This document shows, piece after piece, positions 19,460 through 30,046 of a stretch of 64,000 nt of DNA. The stretch is from NCBI GenBank assembly GCA_050250895.1, contig JBFWNU010000003.1, positions 32,001 to 96,000 of the forward strand, written 5' to 3'. The position numbers and the translations under genes were made by a program. The DNA is from Vulcanimicrobiota bacterium. Its GTDB lineage: Bacteria > Vulcanimicrobiota > Xenobia > Xenobiales > JADMJV01. The stretch's first letter is position 1; each line of letters begins with the position of its first letter. Below the pieces are notes generated by a model. That model had not been told where the DNA came from. It saw only the letters and a list, made by a program, of their open reading frames with translations, and did not search any database.

Positions 19460-20134
19460 ATGAGTTCCCTCGAAATGGTCCGCAACGAAATCGCCCGCAC
19501 CTGTATTCTTTCTGGCCGTTCACCAGATTCGGTCCGTATTCTGGTCGACGCCCGTCGGCGCGAGGTCGAAGAGCTAGCTCGGCTGCGAGGCCTGGAAGAC
19601 GTGGTCGTCGGCACCGTCGACGGAGCCCGGCTGCTGGCCCGCAAGCTCCCGGGAATGCGCTGGCACATGCTCAAGAACCTGCACGCCAACAAAGCTTTTC
19701 TAGCGGTTTCGATGTTAGACCATGTGCACGGAGTCAGCAAGTTGTGCACCCTGATTCGTCTCGAGGAGCATTGCGCCAAGAAAGGCGAAAGCATCGCCGT
19801 ATCGGTCAAGATCGCCATGACGGGCAAAGCCAAAGGGTTAGCTCCCGAAAAGCTCGAGGAATTTCTCCAGCAGGCCGCCGCGCTCGGGCTAAAACACGTC
19901 AGCATCGCCGGACTTTCCACCCGACTTGAGGACGGTCTGCGTCCGGTCGAGCGCCGCCAGGCCTACGCAAGCATGCGCAAGTTGCTCGAACAAGCCCGCT
20001 GCCAGCACCCCAAGCTGGTGGTGGGAAGAGAATTGACCATGGGCGACGACCGCGATTATACCGTGGCCGTCGAAGAGGGAGCCACGCGCGTGGTGGTCGA
20101 GGATGTCTTTGGCCAGATGGCCATGGCCTGCTGA
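19460..20134 (+). CDS. Degenerate YggS/PLPBP-like (alanine racemase N-terminal) protein
   Basis: RWHML..LHANK, KGLAP, LTMG...DY.VAVEEGATRV...VFG align with YggS by eye, but the PLP-binding residues are altered. Confidence 0.75.
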   Translation: MSSLEMVRNEIARTCILSGRSPDSVRILVDARRREVEELARLRGLEDVVVGTVDGARLLARKLPGMRWHMLKNLHANKAFLAVSMLDHVHGVSKLCTLIRLEEHCAKKGESIAVSVKIAMTGKAKGLAPEKLEEFLQQAAALGLKHVSIAGLSTRLEDGLRPVERRQAYASMRKLLEQARCQHPKLVVGRELTMGDDRDYTVAVEEGATRVVVEDVFGQMAMAC

Positions 20135-20136
20135 TT

Positions 20137-20168
20137 TTCAGCGCGCTTTCAGCCTGAGATTCTAGGCT
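20137..20168 (+). promoter_or_regulatory. Class I promoter
   Basis: TTCAG(20137)-N6-TTCAG(20148)-N10-TAGGCT(20163)-N6-ATG(20175). Confidence 0.6.
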
Positions 20169-20174
20169 CGGAGC

Positions 20175-21104
20175 ATGCAGGTTTCTGGGCCCATCCCTCG
20201 TCGCGCGGCCTCACTCCAAAGAGTGGCACCTCCGCGCGCCCATTCGGCCCAGCCCGACGAGCCTCCCCAGGAGACCTACGTTCCGTCGCCAGCGGTGGCT
20301 GCTCCTGAGCCTCGTTCAAAGAGCCTGCTCGGGCGCGGCGGGGCCGGCCTGCTGGCGGCTCTGTCTCTGGCCGGGGGCCTGGTGGGGCTGACCGGCTGCA
20401 GCCCGTCGCCTCCCAGCGAGGGCCCCAAGACCTCGGTGTCGACCGACTTGAGCTATTATTACATGTCCACCGAGGCCGAGCAGCAGCTGGGCCAGCGGGT
20501 CGTGGCCAACATCGAAAGCAAGGTCCCCCTCTGGCCCAACGCCCAGGCCCAGCAGCGATTGGACCGGTTGGCGGCGCGTCTGACGCCGTTCTCGTTGCGC
20601 CACGACCTGGACTACACCTTCAAGTTGCTCGATAGTCCCGAGGTCAATGCCATGGCCGCCCCCGGCGGCACCATCTACGTAACTCGCGGTCTCTACGAAC
20701 GCTTCCAGAAAGACGAGCACTTGCTCTTCATCCTCGGCCACGAGATGGGTCACGTCGAGCATCGCCACAGCATCAAGCAACTGGGCAAAGCCACCCTGCT
20801 CGATATCGTGGTCCAGTTGACCACCGATAGTCGCGACAGCTCGGGCACCCTCGGCCGGGCCGTTGAAGCCATCTTGAATAACAAGATCAGCCAATCCGAC
20901 GAGCACGAATCGGACCGAACCGGTCAGGCCCACCTGATCCAGATGGGCATCAATCCGTGGCATGCTGTCGACGCGATGAAGCTGTTATCCGACGGGCACG
21001 AAGCCGAGCCGGCCATCGTAACCGAGATTTTCGGCTCACACCCGCCTACGGCCGAGCGGGTCCAAGAGCTGACCAAAGGGGCCAGCGACTACGAACCCCT
21101 ATAA
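20175..21104 (+). CDS. M48 family zinc metalloprotease
   Basis: [19 protein letters not shown] and SHPP..ER motifs. Confidence 0.88.
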   Translation: MQVSGPIPRRAASLQRVAPPRAHSAQPDEPPQETYVPSPAVAAPEPRSKSLLGRGGAGLLAALSLAGGLVGLTGCSPSPPSEGPKTSVSTDLSYYYMSTEAEQQLGQRVVANIESKVPLWPNAQAQQRLDRLAARLTPFSLRHDLDYTFKLLDSPEVNAMAAPGGTIYVTRGLYERFQKDEHLLFILGHEMGHVEHRHSIKQLGKATLLDIVVQLTTDSRDSSGTLGRAVEAILNNKISQSDEHESDRTGQAHLIQMGINPWHAVDAMKLLSDGHEAEPAIVTEIFGSHPPTAERVQELTKGASDYEPL

Positions 21105-22076
21105 CAGTGCCATGACGGCTTCGCGTTCTTCACGTAGCTCTTGCTCGGTGGCCTGCATCTGACCTTTGCTGAAGTCGTCAAGGTCAAGCCCGGTCACGAT
21201 CGAGTAGTCGCCGTTCTTGCAGGTGCAGGGGAAGGAGTAGATAACGCCTTCTTTGATGCCGTAGCTGCCGTCCGAGGGCACGGCCATACTGACCCAATCT
21301 CCCTCACTGGTGCCCAAAGCCCAGCTGCGCATGTGGTCGATGGCGGCCGAGGCGGCTGAGGCGGCCGAAGAGGCCCCGCGGGCGGCAATGATGGCAGCGC
21401 CACGCTTTTGCACGGTGGGAATGAAGGTGTCGCGATACCAACCCTGATCGACCAAATCACTGGCCTTCTTGCCATCGACGGTGGTGTGGCTGATGTCGGG
21501 GTACTGGGTCGAGGAGTGATTGCCCCAGATGGTCATCTTACGAATCTTGCTGTGGTGAACTCCCGTTTTCTCGGCCAGTTGCGACAGGGCCCGATTGTGG
21601 TCCAGGCGAGTCATTGCGGTGAACTGGCGACGATCGAGTTTGGGGGCGTTGGCGGCCGCGATGAGGGCGTTGGTGTTGGCCGGATTGCCGACCACCAGCA
21701 CTTTGACATCGCCGGAGGAGTGGTCGTTGATGGCCCTGCCCTGAGGGCCGAAAATCTTGCCATTGGCGTCGAGCAGGTCGTTGCGCTCCATTCCCGGGCC
21801 ACGGGGGCGGGCACCCACGAGCAGAGCGAAGTCGACCTCTTGAAAGCCCTCCGTCAGCTCCGAAGTGGCCACGACCTCTTGCAGGAGCGGGAAGGCGCAG
21901 TCATTGAGTTCCATTACCACACCGCCGAGTGCGCCCATGGCGGGGGGAATCTCGATCAGGTGAAGGATCACGGGTTGATCGGCTCCGAGCATGTCCCCAG
22001 CGGCGATGCGAAAGGCCAGGGCGTAGCCGATATTGCCAGCTGCTCCGGTGATGGCTACTCGAACGGGTTTTTTCAT
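21099..22076 (-). CDS. mdh: Malate dehydrogenase
   Basis: [36 protein letters not shown] and WGNHS motifs. Confidence 0.97.
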   Translation of the reverse strand: MKKPVRVAITGAAGNIGYALAFRIAAGDMLGADQPVILHLIEIPPAMGALGGVVMELNDCAFPLLQEVVATSELTEGFQEVDFALLVGARPRGPGMERNDLLDANGKIFGPQGRAINDHSSGDVKVLVVGNPANTNALIAAANAPKLDRRQFTAMTRLDHNRALSQLAEKTGVHHSKIRKMTIWGNHSSTQYPDISHTTVDGKKASDLVDQGWYRDTFIPTVQKRGAAIIAARGASSAASAASAAIDHMRSWALGTSEGDWVSMAVPSDGSYGIKEGVIYSFPCTCKNGDYSIVTGLDLDDFSKGQMQATEQELREEREAVMALL

Positions 22077-22153
22077 TGTCGCTCCTCAAGAAGTTTCAAA
22101 ATTGTGCCCCCCGCTTCTCCGCGGGGTGACGAAGCCCTTTAGGAAATAGCGAG

Positions 22154-22591
22154 TTGGCCGATGACCTGAGGGTGGATGACTACCGACTACCGGTCATGGC
22201 CGCCTGCCGCTACGCCCTGGCCACCCTCTGTGGCCGGCCCGTGCATTCCGCGTATGGCGTCACTGGCGACATGGCAACGGTGATCGAGGTGGCCGGGCAA
22301 CCGGGCGTCAGGGTTTGGATGCAGGCCGATTCGCGGGCCCTGGCCCACCTCTATGAACTGGCCCTGGGACTGGCTCCAGACGAGCACGAAGTGGTCGATT
22401 TTCTGGGTGAGCTGGCCAATCAGACGCTGGGGCCGGCGGCCTTGATCATGCCCGGCGTCGAACCCACCCAGTTGAGCCTACCCCGCCCGGTCCCATCGCA
22501 TGAGGTTCCGGCCGGTGGCGAGGCGGTCGAGGTCGACGGCTGTCCCATGCGGGTGGTCGTAGAAAGGCTCGTTCCGGCCCCGCTGGGTTGA
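22154..22591 (+). CDS. CheX-like phosphatase domain protein
   Basis: DFLGELANQTLG (E-x-x-N CheC/CheX motif) and LSLP; start uncertain. Confidence 0.6.
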   Translation: MADDLRVDDYRLPVMAACRYALATLCGRPVHSAYGVTGDMATVIEVAGQPGVRVWMQADSRALAHLYELALGLAPDEHEVVDFLGELANQTLGPAALIMPGVEPTQLSLPRPVPSHEVPAGGEAVEVDGCPMRVVVERLVPAPLG

Positions 22592-22652
22592 ATTTCGGTC
22601 GGGGCAAGGGCCTGAGGGGGGCGGGGCGAAATCCTTAAGGGGGAGGGCTTCC

Positions 22653-24731
22653 ATGCGGTCGCAAGACCAGTTTCCCCTGCTGGAATTGCTGCTCTTAGAG
22701 AACTACGAGCGACTGAAGGTCGTGGTCGGCAGCTTTCCTTTTGTCGCGCTGCTGGTCGCCTGGGTCCTGGCCGACTCTGTTCCTCCGCAAAACCTGGTTC
22801 TCTGGTTTTTGGCCGTGGTGGCGGTGACTTTGGCTACACTCTGGTCGAGCGTCGCCTTCAGCCGCCATCGCGAACGGCTGAGTTTGCGTAGCTGGCAGCG
22901 GCTGCGGGTGCTCTCTTCGGTCCTCAACGCCCTGGTCTGGGGAGGCGCCTCGGCCACGGTGCTCTACCCGGCCGACTTTGCTCAACAGGTATTTCTGTTG
23001 CTCCTGGTGGGCGGCACCACCGGCATCGCCGTGTCGAGCAGCGCCAGCTATCTGCCGGCTCTCTTGAGCTTTCAATTCCTCAACCTGCTTCCCCTGGCCG
23101 CTCGATTGTTGAGCGAGGGAGACCAACTCCATCTGAGCATGGCCGGGCTGGTGTTGAGTCACCTGGCCATCGTCGTAGTCATGGGGGTGCGCGTGCACAA
23201 GACCGTGGTGCGCGGCTTCGAACTCGAGCGAGTGAATGCCGAACTGGTAGGCCGTTTGCAGCAGGCTAACCAGACCCTCAATAGCAAAGTGGCAGAACGC
23301 ACCGTCGAACTCGAGCGCGCCCTGTCTGCTCGACTGGCTTCCGAGAGCCGCCTGGCTCGAATTCAGGTGCTGGTCGAGCTGATCGGGATGGGAATCCTGG
23401 TGGTCAAGCCGGAGACGCATCAAGTGGTCGACTCGAATCACGCGGCCTGGTCGCTTCTCGAGACCGAAGCTGTCTCGAACCTGGCCGAGCTGGAATTGGC
23501 CGGCGAGCTCGAAGGCTGGGATGGACAGACCCACAGCCGACTCTTCAAGCATCTGGAACTGACCCTTACCCGCCAGACCCTCGACGAGGGCGATTTCTTG
23601 CTGATCCTGTTGCGCGACGTCGGAGAACGCCTGCGCTGGGAGCGGCAGATGCGCCAGGCCCAAAAGATGCAGGCTCTGGGGCGGTTGGCGGGCGAGATGG
23701 CCCACGATTTCAACAACCTGCTGATGGCCATCACCGGTTTTGCCAGTTTTTTGGCCGAGTCCGACGACTCCCAGACCCATCACGACGCCTCCCAGATCCT
23801 GATGGCCTGTGAGCGGGGCAAGGCTCTTACCAGCCAGTTGCTGGTTTTCTCGAGCGACGCCTTCACGGCCCCACGGGTGATCGACCTCAACACCCACGTG
23901 CGCCAGCTCGATCAGATGTTACGCCGCCTGCTCGGCGAGCAGGTCGAACTGGTGACCTTATTGAGCGAGACCCCCTGTCCTGTCGAACTCGATCCGGGCC
24001 AGTTCGACCAGGTCATGCTCAACCTGGCACTTAATGCTCGGGCCGCCATGCATTCTCGCGGGGTGCTGACCATCCGGGTCTTCGACCAACAAGATACCGT
24101 GGTCGTCGAGGTGCAAGACGATGGGCCCGGTGTCCCCGAGGGCGACCGTGAACAGATCTTCGATCCCTTCTTCACCACCCGGCCGGGTGGGGCTGGGCTG
24201 GGTCTGGCCAGCTCCTTTGGCATTGTCAGGGGGGCTGGTGGTCAACTGAGTCTGGTCGACCACCACGGACGGGGGGCCATGTTCCGCATCACCCTGCCCA
24301 GGGCCAGCGGTCAGCCCGAGGCGGCTCCGGTGCCCGCCCCCGTCCCAGTGACCAAAGGCCCTGGCCAGGCCAGAATCCTGGTGGTTGAAGACCAGGAAGC
24401 AGTGTTGGCGGTGGTACGCCGGGGCCTCGAGAGCCAGGGATACGAAGTGGTCGCCGTCCACTCGGCCGAAGAGGCGCTGGCCTTGATTAAGGACCCCAGC
24501 AGCTTCGACATGCTCCTCTCGGACGTGATCTTGCCCAAGATGAGCGGGATCGAGCTCTACAAACAGCTCACGCAGAACAGCTGTGCCATCCCGACCCTGC
24601 TGATGAGCGGTTATGTCGATGCCAACCTGGTGGATATCCCCAACGCGCCTCGCCTGCTGCGCAAACCGTTTCAGCTGGTCGAGCTACTGGCGGCGGTGGC
24701 CGAGACTCTCGAGCAGGCCCCGCGGAGTTAA
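22653..24731 (+). CDS. Membrane-bound hybrid histidine kinase/response regulator
   Basis: About 6 TMs, AHDFNN, FDPFFTT, GAGLGL, receiver domain. Confidence 0.92.
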   Translation: MRSQDQFPLLELLLLENYERLKVVVGSFPFVALLVAWVLADSVPPQNLVLWFLAVVAVTLATLWSSVAFSRHRERLSLRSWQRLRVLSSVLNALVWGGASATVLYPADFAQQVFLLLLVGGTTGIAVSSSASYLPALLSFQFLNLLPLAARLLSEGDQLHLSMAGLVLSHLAIVVVMGVRVHKTVVRGFELERVNAELVGRLQQANQTLNSKVAERTVELERALSARLASESRLARIQVLVELIGMGILVVKPETHQVVDSNHAAWSLLETEAVSNLAELELAGELEGWDGQTHSRLFKHLELTLTRQTLDEGDFLLILLRDVGERLRWERQMRQAQKMQALGRLAGEMAHDFNNLLMAITGFASFLAESDDSQTHHDASQILMACERGKALTSQLLVFSSDAFTAPRVIDLNTHVRQLDQMLRRLLGEQVELVTLLSETPCPVELDPGQFDQVMLNLALNARAAMHSRGVLTIRVFDQQDTVVVEVQDDGPGVPEGDREQIFDPFFTTRPGGAGLGLASSFGIVRGAGGQLSLVDHHGRGAMFRITLPRASGQPEAAPVPAPVPVTKGPGQARILVVEDQEAVLAVVRRGLESQGYEVVAVHSAEEALALIKDPSSFDMLLSDVILPKMSGIELYKQLTQNSCAIPTLLMSGYVDANLVDIPNAPRLLRKPFQLVELLAAVAETLEQAPRS

Positions 24732-24770
24732 CACCGCGGCAACCCCCCGGGGCGCTCCCCGGGTCAGGAT
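24728..24770 (+). promoter_or_regulatory. Class I promoter
   Basis: TTAAC(24728)-N6-GCAAC(24739)-N21-CAGGAT(24765); SD AAAGGAG before ATG 24789. Confidence 0.5.
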
Positions 24771-24788
24771 GGCGCAAAGGAGTTCGCC

Positions 24789-25379
24789 ATGAGGATTCAA
24801 ACGGCCCTGCGTGGCCAGTCCATCCCCAGGTCGAACCAAAAACCGGTCGCGCCGTCGCCGGCCCCCGACTGCTTCACGCCGTCAGAGGTCACCCTGCCAC
24901 TGCTTGACCCTAAGCTCTTCTCACCACCAGATCACTATCGCCCCGGCGCTCCCAGCCGAACCAGGGTGCATGAGCTCGACGAGCCGGGCCAGCGCTTGCA
25001 TCTGATGGGGCGCGTCGTCGACCCTGCCGGTTACGGAGTCTATGACGCCGATGTCGAGGTCTGGATGGCCGACGCCTCGGGTCGCTATGGCGACGGTCCC
25101 GAGTTTCACGGGCGAGGGCAACAGATCACCGATCCCAGCGGCAGCTTTCATTTTCACTCGGTCAAACCCGGCCGGGCCGAGGGCCCGCCCTGCATCTATC
25201 TGCGCATCAAAGCCCAGGACTACGAGACCCGAACCGTGCGTCTGCTGTTTGCTAACGAAGAGGACAATCCACCCGGTGCCGACCCGCCCCCCGTCGAGCT
25301 GTTCGCGGTGGGTGAGGGTGAGGACCGCTTCTGGCTGGCCGAAACCGAGGTCGTTCTGACCCCGCGTCGCAGAGGTTGA
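24789..25379 (+). CDS. Intradiol dioxygenase-like protein (iron ligands mostly lost)
   Basis: GRVVD..G..V.DA.VEVWMADASGRY...GRG...TD..G.F.F.SVKPG, matching the protocatechuate 3,4-dioxygenase fold. Confidence 0.75.
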   Translation: MRIQTALRGQSIPRSNQKPVAPSPAPDCFTPSEVTLPLLDPKLFSPPDHYRPGAPSRTRVHELDEPGQRLHLMGRVVDPAGYGVYDADVEVWMADASGRYGDGPEFHGRGQQITDPSGSFHFHSVKPGRAEGPPCIYLRIKAQDYETRTVRLLFANEEDNPPGADPPPVELFAVGEGEDRFWLAETEVVLTPRRRG

Positions 25380-25405
25380 GGCCGAGCCTTCCCGAAAGGG
25401 CGGGC

Positions 25406-26134
25406 GTGGAGTTGGGCGGAAAATTCGGTATCGTGACCGGGGCCTCACGAGGTATCGGTCGGGCCGTGGCTCTGGCGCTTGGTCGCCGGGGGGCCGAGGT
25501 TTGTGTGCATTATTGCCAGCAACGCGCCCAGGCCGAGGCGGTGGTCAGCCAGCTCGCGGGTGGATTTGCCTGCCAGGCCGACCTGAGCTTGCCGGACCAG
25601 GTCGAGGACCTGGTCGAAGCGGCCCGCCAGCATTTTGGCCGCCTCGACTTTCTCGTCAACAACGCGGCCGTGATGTCTCGCAAGCCGGTGTCTGAGGTGA
25701 CGCTCGAGGACTACACCAGCCTCTTCGACCTTAACGTCAGGGCCGTCATGCTGGCGTGCCAGGCGGCCGCCCGCCACCTGACCGAAGGCGGCCGGATCGT
25801 CAACTTCTCGAGTTCGGTCACCCGGCTGCTGCTACCCAACTACTCTCTTTATGCCGCCAGCAAAGGCGCGGTGGAGCAATTTAGCCGGGTGCTGGCCAAA
25901 GAGCTGGGCCCGCGCGGGATCACCGTCAACGTCGTATCCCCGGGACCGACCGATACCGACATGTTTCGCCAGGGTAAGAGTCAGGCCGACATCGAGGCGC
26001 TGGCCGGGGCGGCCGCCCTGGGACGGATCGGTCAACCCACCGACGTGGCCGAGGTGGTGGCTTTTCTGATCGGTCCGGGCGGAGCCTTCGTGACGGGGCA
26101 GATCCTGGGCGTAAACGGAGGCTTTGCCCCATGA
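25406..26134 (+). CDS. SDR family oxidoreductase
   Basis: TGASRGIG, VNNAA and YAASK motifs; GTG start 9 nt after CGAA. Confidence 0.92.
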   Translation: MELGGKFGIVTGASRGIGRAVALALGRRGAEVCVHYCQQRAQAEAVVSQLAGGFACQADLSLPDQVEDLVEAARQHFGRLDFLVNNAAVMSRKPVSEVTLEDYTSLFDLNVRAVMLACQAAARHLTEGGRIVNFSSSVTRLLLPNYSLYAASKGAVEQFSRVLAKELGPRGITVNVVSPGPTDTDMFRQGKSQADIEALAGAAALGRIGQPTDVAEVVAFLIGPGGAFVTGQILGVNGGFAP

Positions 26135-28740
26135 AGCTGATCGTCTCGCACCAGGGTCCCGACTTTGACTCGCTGGCCTCGATGGTGGCCGCCAGCAAGC
26201 TCTATCCCGACGCGGTGGCCGTCATCAGCGGCGTGCCCGAGCCGCCGGTGCGCGAGTTCATCACGCTGCACAAAGGCCATTTTCGCTTTCGCGGGGCCAA
26301 CGAGATCGAACTCCCCGAGGTCGAACAGATGGTGCTGGTGGATGTGCGCAATCCGACCCGCCTGGGGCGCTTTCGCCAGTTGGCCCAGGACCCGCGCGTG
26401 AAGCTTCATATCTATGACCATCACCCGGCCACGGCGGAATCCATTCGGGCCGACCTTGAACGGATCGAGCCACTGGGCGCGGCCGTGACCGTGCTGTTGC
26501 AAGAGATTCGCGCGCGCGGGCTGAGCTTGACGCCGGTCGAGGCTACGCTCTGCCTGATCGCCATTTATGAAGAGACCGGCTCGCTACTCTTCCCTTCCAC
26601 CACCGCCCAGGATCTCGAGATGGCCGGCTGGCTGCTGCGTCAGGGCGGCAATCTCAAGGTGGTAGCGCGCTTTGCCCATCATACCCTCAATCCCGAACAG
26701 CGCGAGTTGCTCGAAGAGTTTCTGACGGCCGGTCGGATCGAGTCGATTCAGGGTTTCAGCGTTTTCGTGGCGCTGGCCCGACGGCCCCGGTTCGTCAACG
26801 GCGTGGCCGCGCTGGTTCACCGTTTGCTCGAGATTCAAGAGACCGATTGCGCCGTGGTGATCGTCGAGATGGCCAACAAGGTGTGCGTGGTGGCCCGTAG
26901 CCGCCGGGTTCGCCTGGACGTGGGACGGATTTGCGAGCAGTTGGGCGGGGGCGGTCATCCGGGGGCGGCTTCGGCCACCCTCGACGCCGTCGACCCCGAG
27001 CAGGTCCAAGAGCGGGTGCTAGCCATGTTGGAAGAAAGCTTTCCGCGAGTGCAGACGGCCGGCGACGTGATGACCACTCAGGTGCAGTGTCTCGAGGCCG
27101 AACAGGAAATTACCGTAGCGGAGGCCTCGCGCCTGCTCCGAGAGTGGGGCTTCGCGGGCGTCTGCGTGACCGAGGGGGGTAAGGTGACCGGCATTCTCAG
27201 CCGTAGTGATCTCGATAAGGCCATGGGCCACGAGTTGGGCCACGCCCCGGCCACCGCCTACATGACCCCGCGCGTGATCTCCGTGCGCCCTGAGACGCCT
27301 CTGCAAGAGGTCCAGGGCCTGATGGTCGAGCGCGATGTCGGTCGTGTGCCCGTGCTCGAGGAGGATGGCACCCTGGTGGGTCTGATCAGCCGCACCGACA
27401 TTCTGGCCTCGCTCTATCGAGCCGCCACCGATGACCAACACACTCGGACCAGTGCCCCGGCCGAGTTGTTGCGCCTGCCTGACCTCACCCTCGAATTCTT
27501 GCGACGGTGCTCGCGTCTGGCCCTGGAGCATTCCACCCAGGTGTTTGTGGTGGGCGGCTTCGTGCGCGATTTGCTGCTGGGCCGAGACAACTTCGATATC
27601 GACCTGGTGGTCGAGGGCGATGGCCTGGCTTTTGGCCGCACCCTGGCCGAGGCTACCGGCGGACGGCTGCGTAGCCATCCTCGTTTCGGCACCTGCTCGG
27701 TCATCTACGACGATGGCCCTTTCGAGAAGATCGATGTGGCCAGCGCCCGTTCTGAGCGCTACTGCCGGCCCGCCGCTTTGCCAGCGGTCGAAGGCAGCAC
27801 TCTCAAGCAAGACCTCTACCGACGCGATTTCACTATCAACAGCCTGGCTTTGAGCCTGGATGCCGAGGCCTTCGGCGAGTTGATCGACTATTTCGGTGGC
27901 CGGCGCGATCTCGATGCTGGCATGCTCCGCATCCTGCATAATCTTTCGTTCATCGATGACCCGACCCGCGCTTTTCGGGCCGTTCGCTTCGAAACTCGCC
28001 TGGGATTTCGACTCGAGCCCCACAGCGGACATCTGCTGCGCACGGCCGTGAAAGAGCGGATCTTCGATCATCTGGGGCCGGGTCGTCTGATCGACGAGTT
28101 GCGGCTGTGCCTGGAAGAACCAGAGCCCATGCGGGTGCTCGAGCGTCTCGAGCAATTGAAGCTGCTCAAAGCCGTCGACCCGGGTCTGGGGCTTGACCCC
28201 AAGGTGCGAGCGCGACTCGAGGCGGCCCCGGCCATTCTGGCTCGCCTGGCCGGCTCGGTGGATCGCTGGCGGGTCTATCTGCTGCTGCTCTTGACCCGAC
28301 TCAAGGTAGCGGCTCGCGATGCTTTCGCCTCGCGTTACGGATTAAGTCTCGAACCCTTGCGCCAGGCCCAGGGCCTGGTGGGTAAGCTCAATGCCCCCAA
28401 ACTCTCCATGTCAGAGTTCGAGCAATTGGTCCAGAAGGCTTCCCCCAACTCGCTGTGCCTGATCTGGTCTCTGGCCGGTGAGGGTCGTGTGCAGGAGCGG
28501 CTTTCACGCTATCTCGACTGGTCGCAAGCCCTCGAGCCATTGCTGACCGGACACCAGTTGCTGCAGTTGGGTTACGAGCCCGGTCCCGAGTTCGGGCGTT
28601 TGCTAATGTTGGTGCGCGAGGCCCAATTAGAAGGCAAGCTCGCCACCGCCGAAGAGGCCGTGGCATTTTTGACAGAACGCTTCCCCAGGAGGGAAGGTTG
28701 CCCGAGTGTGAAGAACGCCTCCCCGTTAAGGGAGGGCTAG
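26131..28740 (+). CDS. DHH-DHHA1-CBS-tRNA nucleotidyltransferase (CCA/A-adding type)
   Basis: PDFD, DHH, GGGGH, two CBS domains, VGGFVRDLLLG, DID, DLYRRDFTIN and DDPTR. Confidence 0.92.
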   Translation: MKLIVSHQGPDFDSLASMVAASKLYPDAVAVISGVPEPPVREFITLHKGHFRFRGANEIELPEVEQMVLVDVRNPTRLGRFRQLAQDPRVKLHIYDHHPATAESIRADLERIEPLGAAVTVLLQEIRARGLSLTPVEATLCLIAIYEETGSLLFPSTTAQDLEMAGWLLRQGGNLKVVARFAHHTLNPEQRELLEEFLTAGRIESIQGFSVFVALARRPRFVNGVAALVHRLLEIQETDCAVVIVEMANKVCVVARSRRVRLDVGRICEQLGGGGHPGAASATLDAVDPEQVQERVLAMLEESFPRVQTAGDVMTTQVQCLEAEQEITVAEASRLLREWGFAGVCVTEGGKVTGILSRSDLDKAMGHELGHAPATAYMTPRVISVRPETPLQEVQGLMVERDVGRVPVLEEDGTLVGLISRTDILASLYRAATDDQHTRTSAPAELLRLPDLTLEFLRRCSRLALEHSTQVFVVGGFVRDLLLGRDNFDIDLVVEGDGLAFGRTLAEATGGRLRSHPRFGTCSVIYDDGPFEKIDVASARSERYCRPAALPAVEGSTLKQDLYRRDFTINSLALSLDAEAFGELIDYFGGRRDLDAGMLRILHNLSFIDDPTRAFRAVRFETRLGFRLEPHSGHLLRTAVKERIFDHLGPGRLIDELRLCLEEPEPMRVLERLEQLKLLKAVDPGLGLDPKVRARLEAAPAILARLAGSVDRWRVYLLLLLTRLKVAARDAFASRYGLSLEPLRQAQGLVGKLNAPKLSMSEFEQLVQKASPNSLCLIWSLAGEGRVQERLSRYLDWSQALEPLLTGHQLLQLGYEPGPEFGRLLMLVREAQLEGKLATAEEAVAFLTERFPRREGCPSVKNASPLREG

Positions 28741-28741
28741 T

Positions 28742-30046
28742 TTGCCTCGGTTCAAGTATCACGCCGTCGACAAGAGCGGCAAACCCAAGAGCGGTGAGCA
28801 CAAGGCTCAGGACCGAGCTGCTTTGCTTGACTTTCTGAGGGGTCAGGGCCTGACAGCCCTCAGTGTCGACGAACTCGAAGAGACCGATGCCCCCCCGCCC
28901 AAGGCCGCCAAGCCCGACGAGGAAAAGCCCCGCGAACTCAAAGCCGCCCGCCCTTCAGCCACCACCGCCATCATTTTGGGGACCGGCGTCAATCGCCGCG
29001 ATATCACGGTGTTGACGCGCCAACTGGCCACCACTCTGCACGCCGGCTTGCCCCTGCTGCGTATCATTCATGTGCTGCACCGCGAGTCGACCAATCCCAA
29101 GCTCAAGGGGGTGCTCGAGAACCTCGGCCAGTCCTTGCAGAAAGGCGCGAGCTTTTCAGGGGCTCTCAGCGACCACCCCAAGATCTTCGACGAGATGTAC
29201 ATCAACATGGTGAAGGTGGGCGAGATGGGCGGCAGTCTCTCGGACTGCATGAGCCGATTGGCCCTGATGATGGAAAAGGAGATGACTCTGCGGCGCAAGC
29301 TCAAGTCGGCCATGGCCTATCCCTCCTTCATCCTGATCTTCACGACCATCATGACCTACGCCCTGGTGGCCTTCATGATGCCGATGTTCATCCCCATGTT
29401 TCAAGAGTCGGGCCTGAACATCGAGCGCGACTATCCGCTCACCAACTATTTGATGATGGCCAGCGATTTCGCCACTTCTCCCGTCAAGATGGGGGCCGTC
29501 GTGGTGTTGGGCGTGCTGCTGTTTCTGGCCTACCGGGTCATCTCGAATCAGCCCCAGGGAAAACTGGCGCTCGACTATGCAAAGCTCAAGTTGCCGTTCA
29601 TGTCGGATCTGATCGGCAAGGTCGTGGCCGCCCGTTTTTCGCGCAGCTTCTCGCTGTTGCTCAAGTCGGGCGTTCCCCTCATCGAGGCTTTACGGCTGGT
29701 GGCGGGGGCTGCCGGCAACGAAGCGGTGGCGGTGCGCCTGCGAAAAGTCGGTCGCAACATCCAAGAAGGCGAGACGATCTCGAAGACCCTCAAAGAAGCC
29801 GAGCTTTTTCCCGACCTGCTTATCCAGATGTCTACGATGGGTGAAGAGGCGGGCTCGCTGCCCGACATGCTAGAGCGGGTGGCGGACTATTATGACGAGG
29901 AGGTAGACTCTGCTGTAAGCGCGATGACGGCGCTGCTCGAACCGGCCATGATGGTCATTATCGGCGGCGTGGTCGGAATGTTCGTAATGGGCGTTCTGCT
30001 ACCCATTCTGGGCGTTTCGACCGCCATGCAGCAGCAGATGCAATGA
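28742..30046 (+). CDS. pilC: Type II secretion/type IV pilus inner-membrane platform protein (GspF/PilC)
   Basis: F.Y.A.D..G N-terminus, two T2SSF repeats, LEPAMM. Confidence 0.9.
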   Translation: MPRFKYHAVDKSGKPKSGEHKAQDRAALLDFLRGQGLTALSVDELEETDAPPPKAAKPDEEKPRELKAARPSATTAIILGTGVNRRDITVLTRQLATTLHAGLPLLRIIHVLHRESTNPKLKGVLENLGQSLQKGASFSGALSDHPKIFDEMYINMVKVGEMGGSLSDCMSRLALMMEKEMTLRRKLKSAMAYPSFILIFTTIMTYALVAFMMPMFIPMFQESGLNIERDYPLTNYLMMASDFATSPVKMGAVVVLGVLLFLAYRVISNQPQGKLALDYAKLKLPFMSDLIGKVVAARFSRSFSLLLKSGVPLIEALRLVAGAAGNEAVAVRLRKVGRNIQEGETISKTLKEAELFPDLLIQMSTMGEEAGSLPDMLERVADYYDEEVDSAVSAMTALLEPAMMVIIGGVVGMFVMGVLLPILGVSTAMQQQMQ

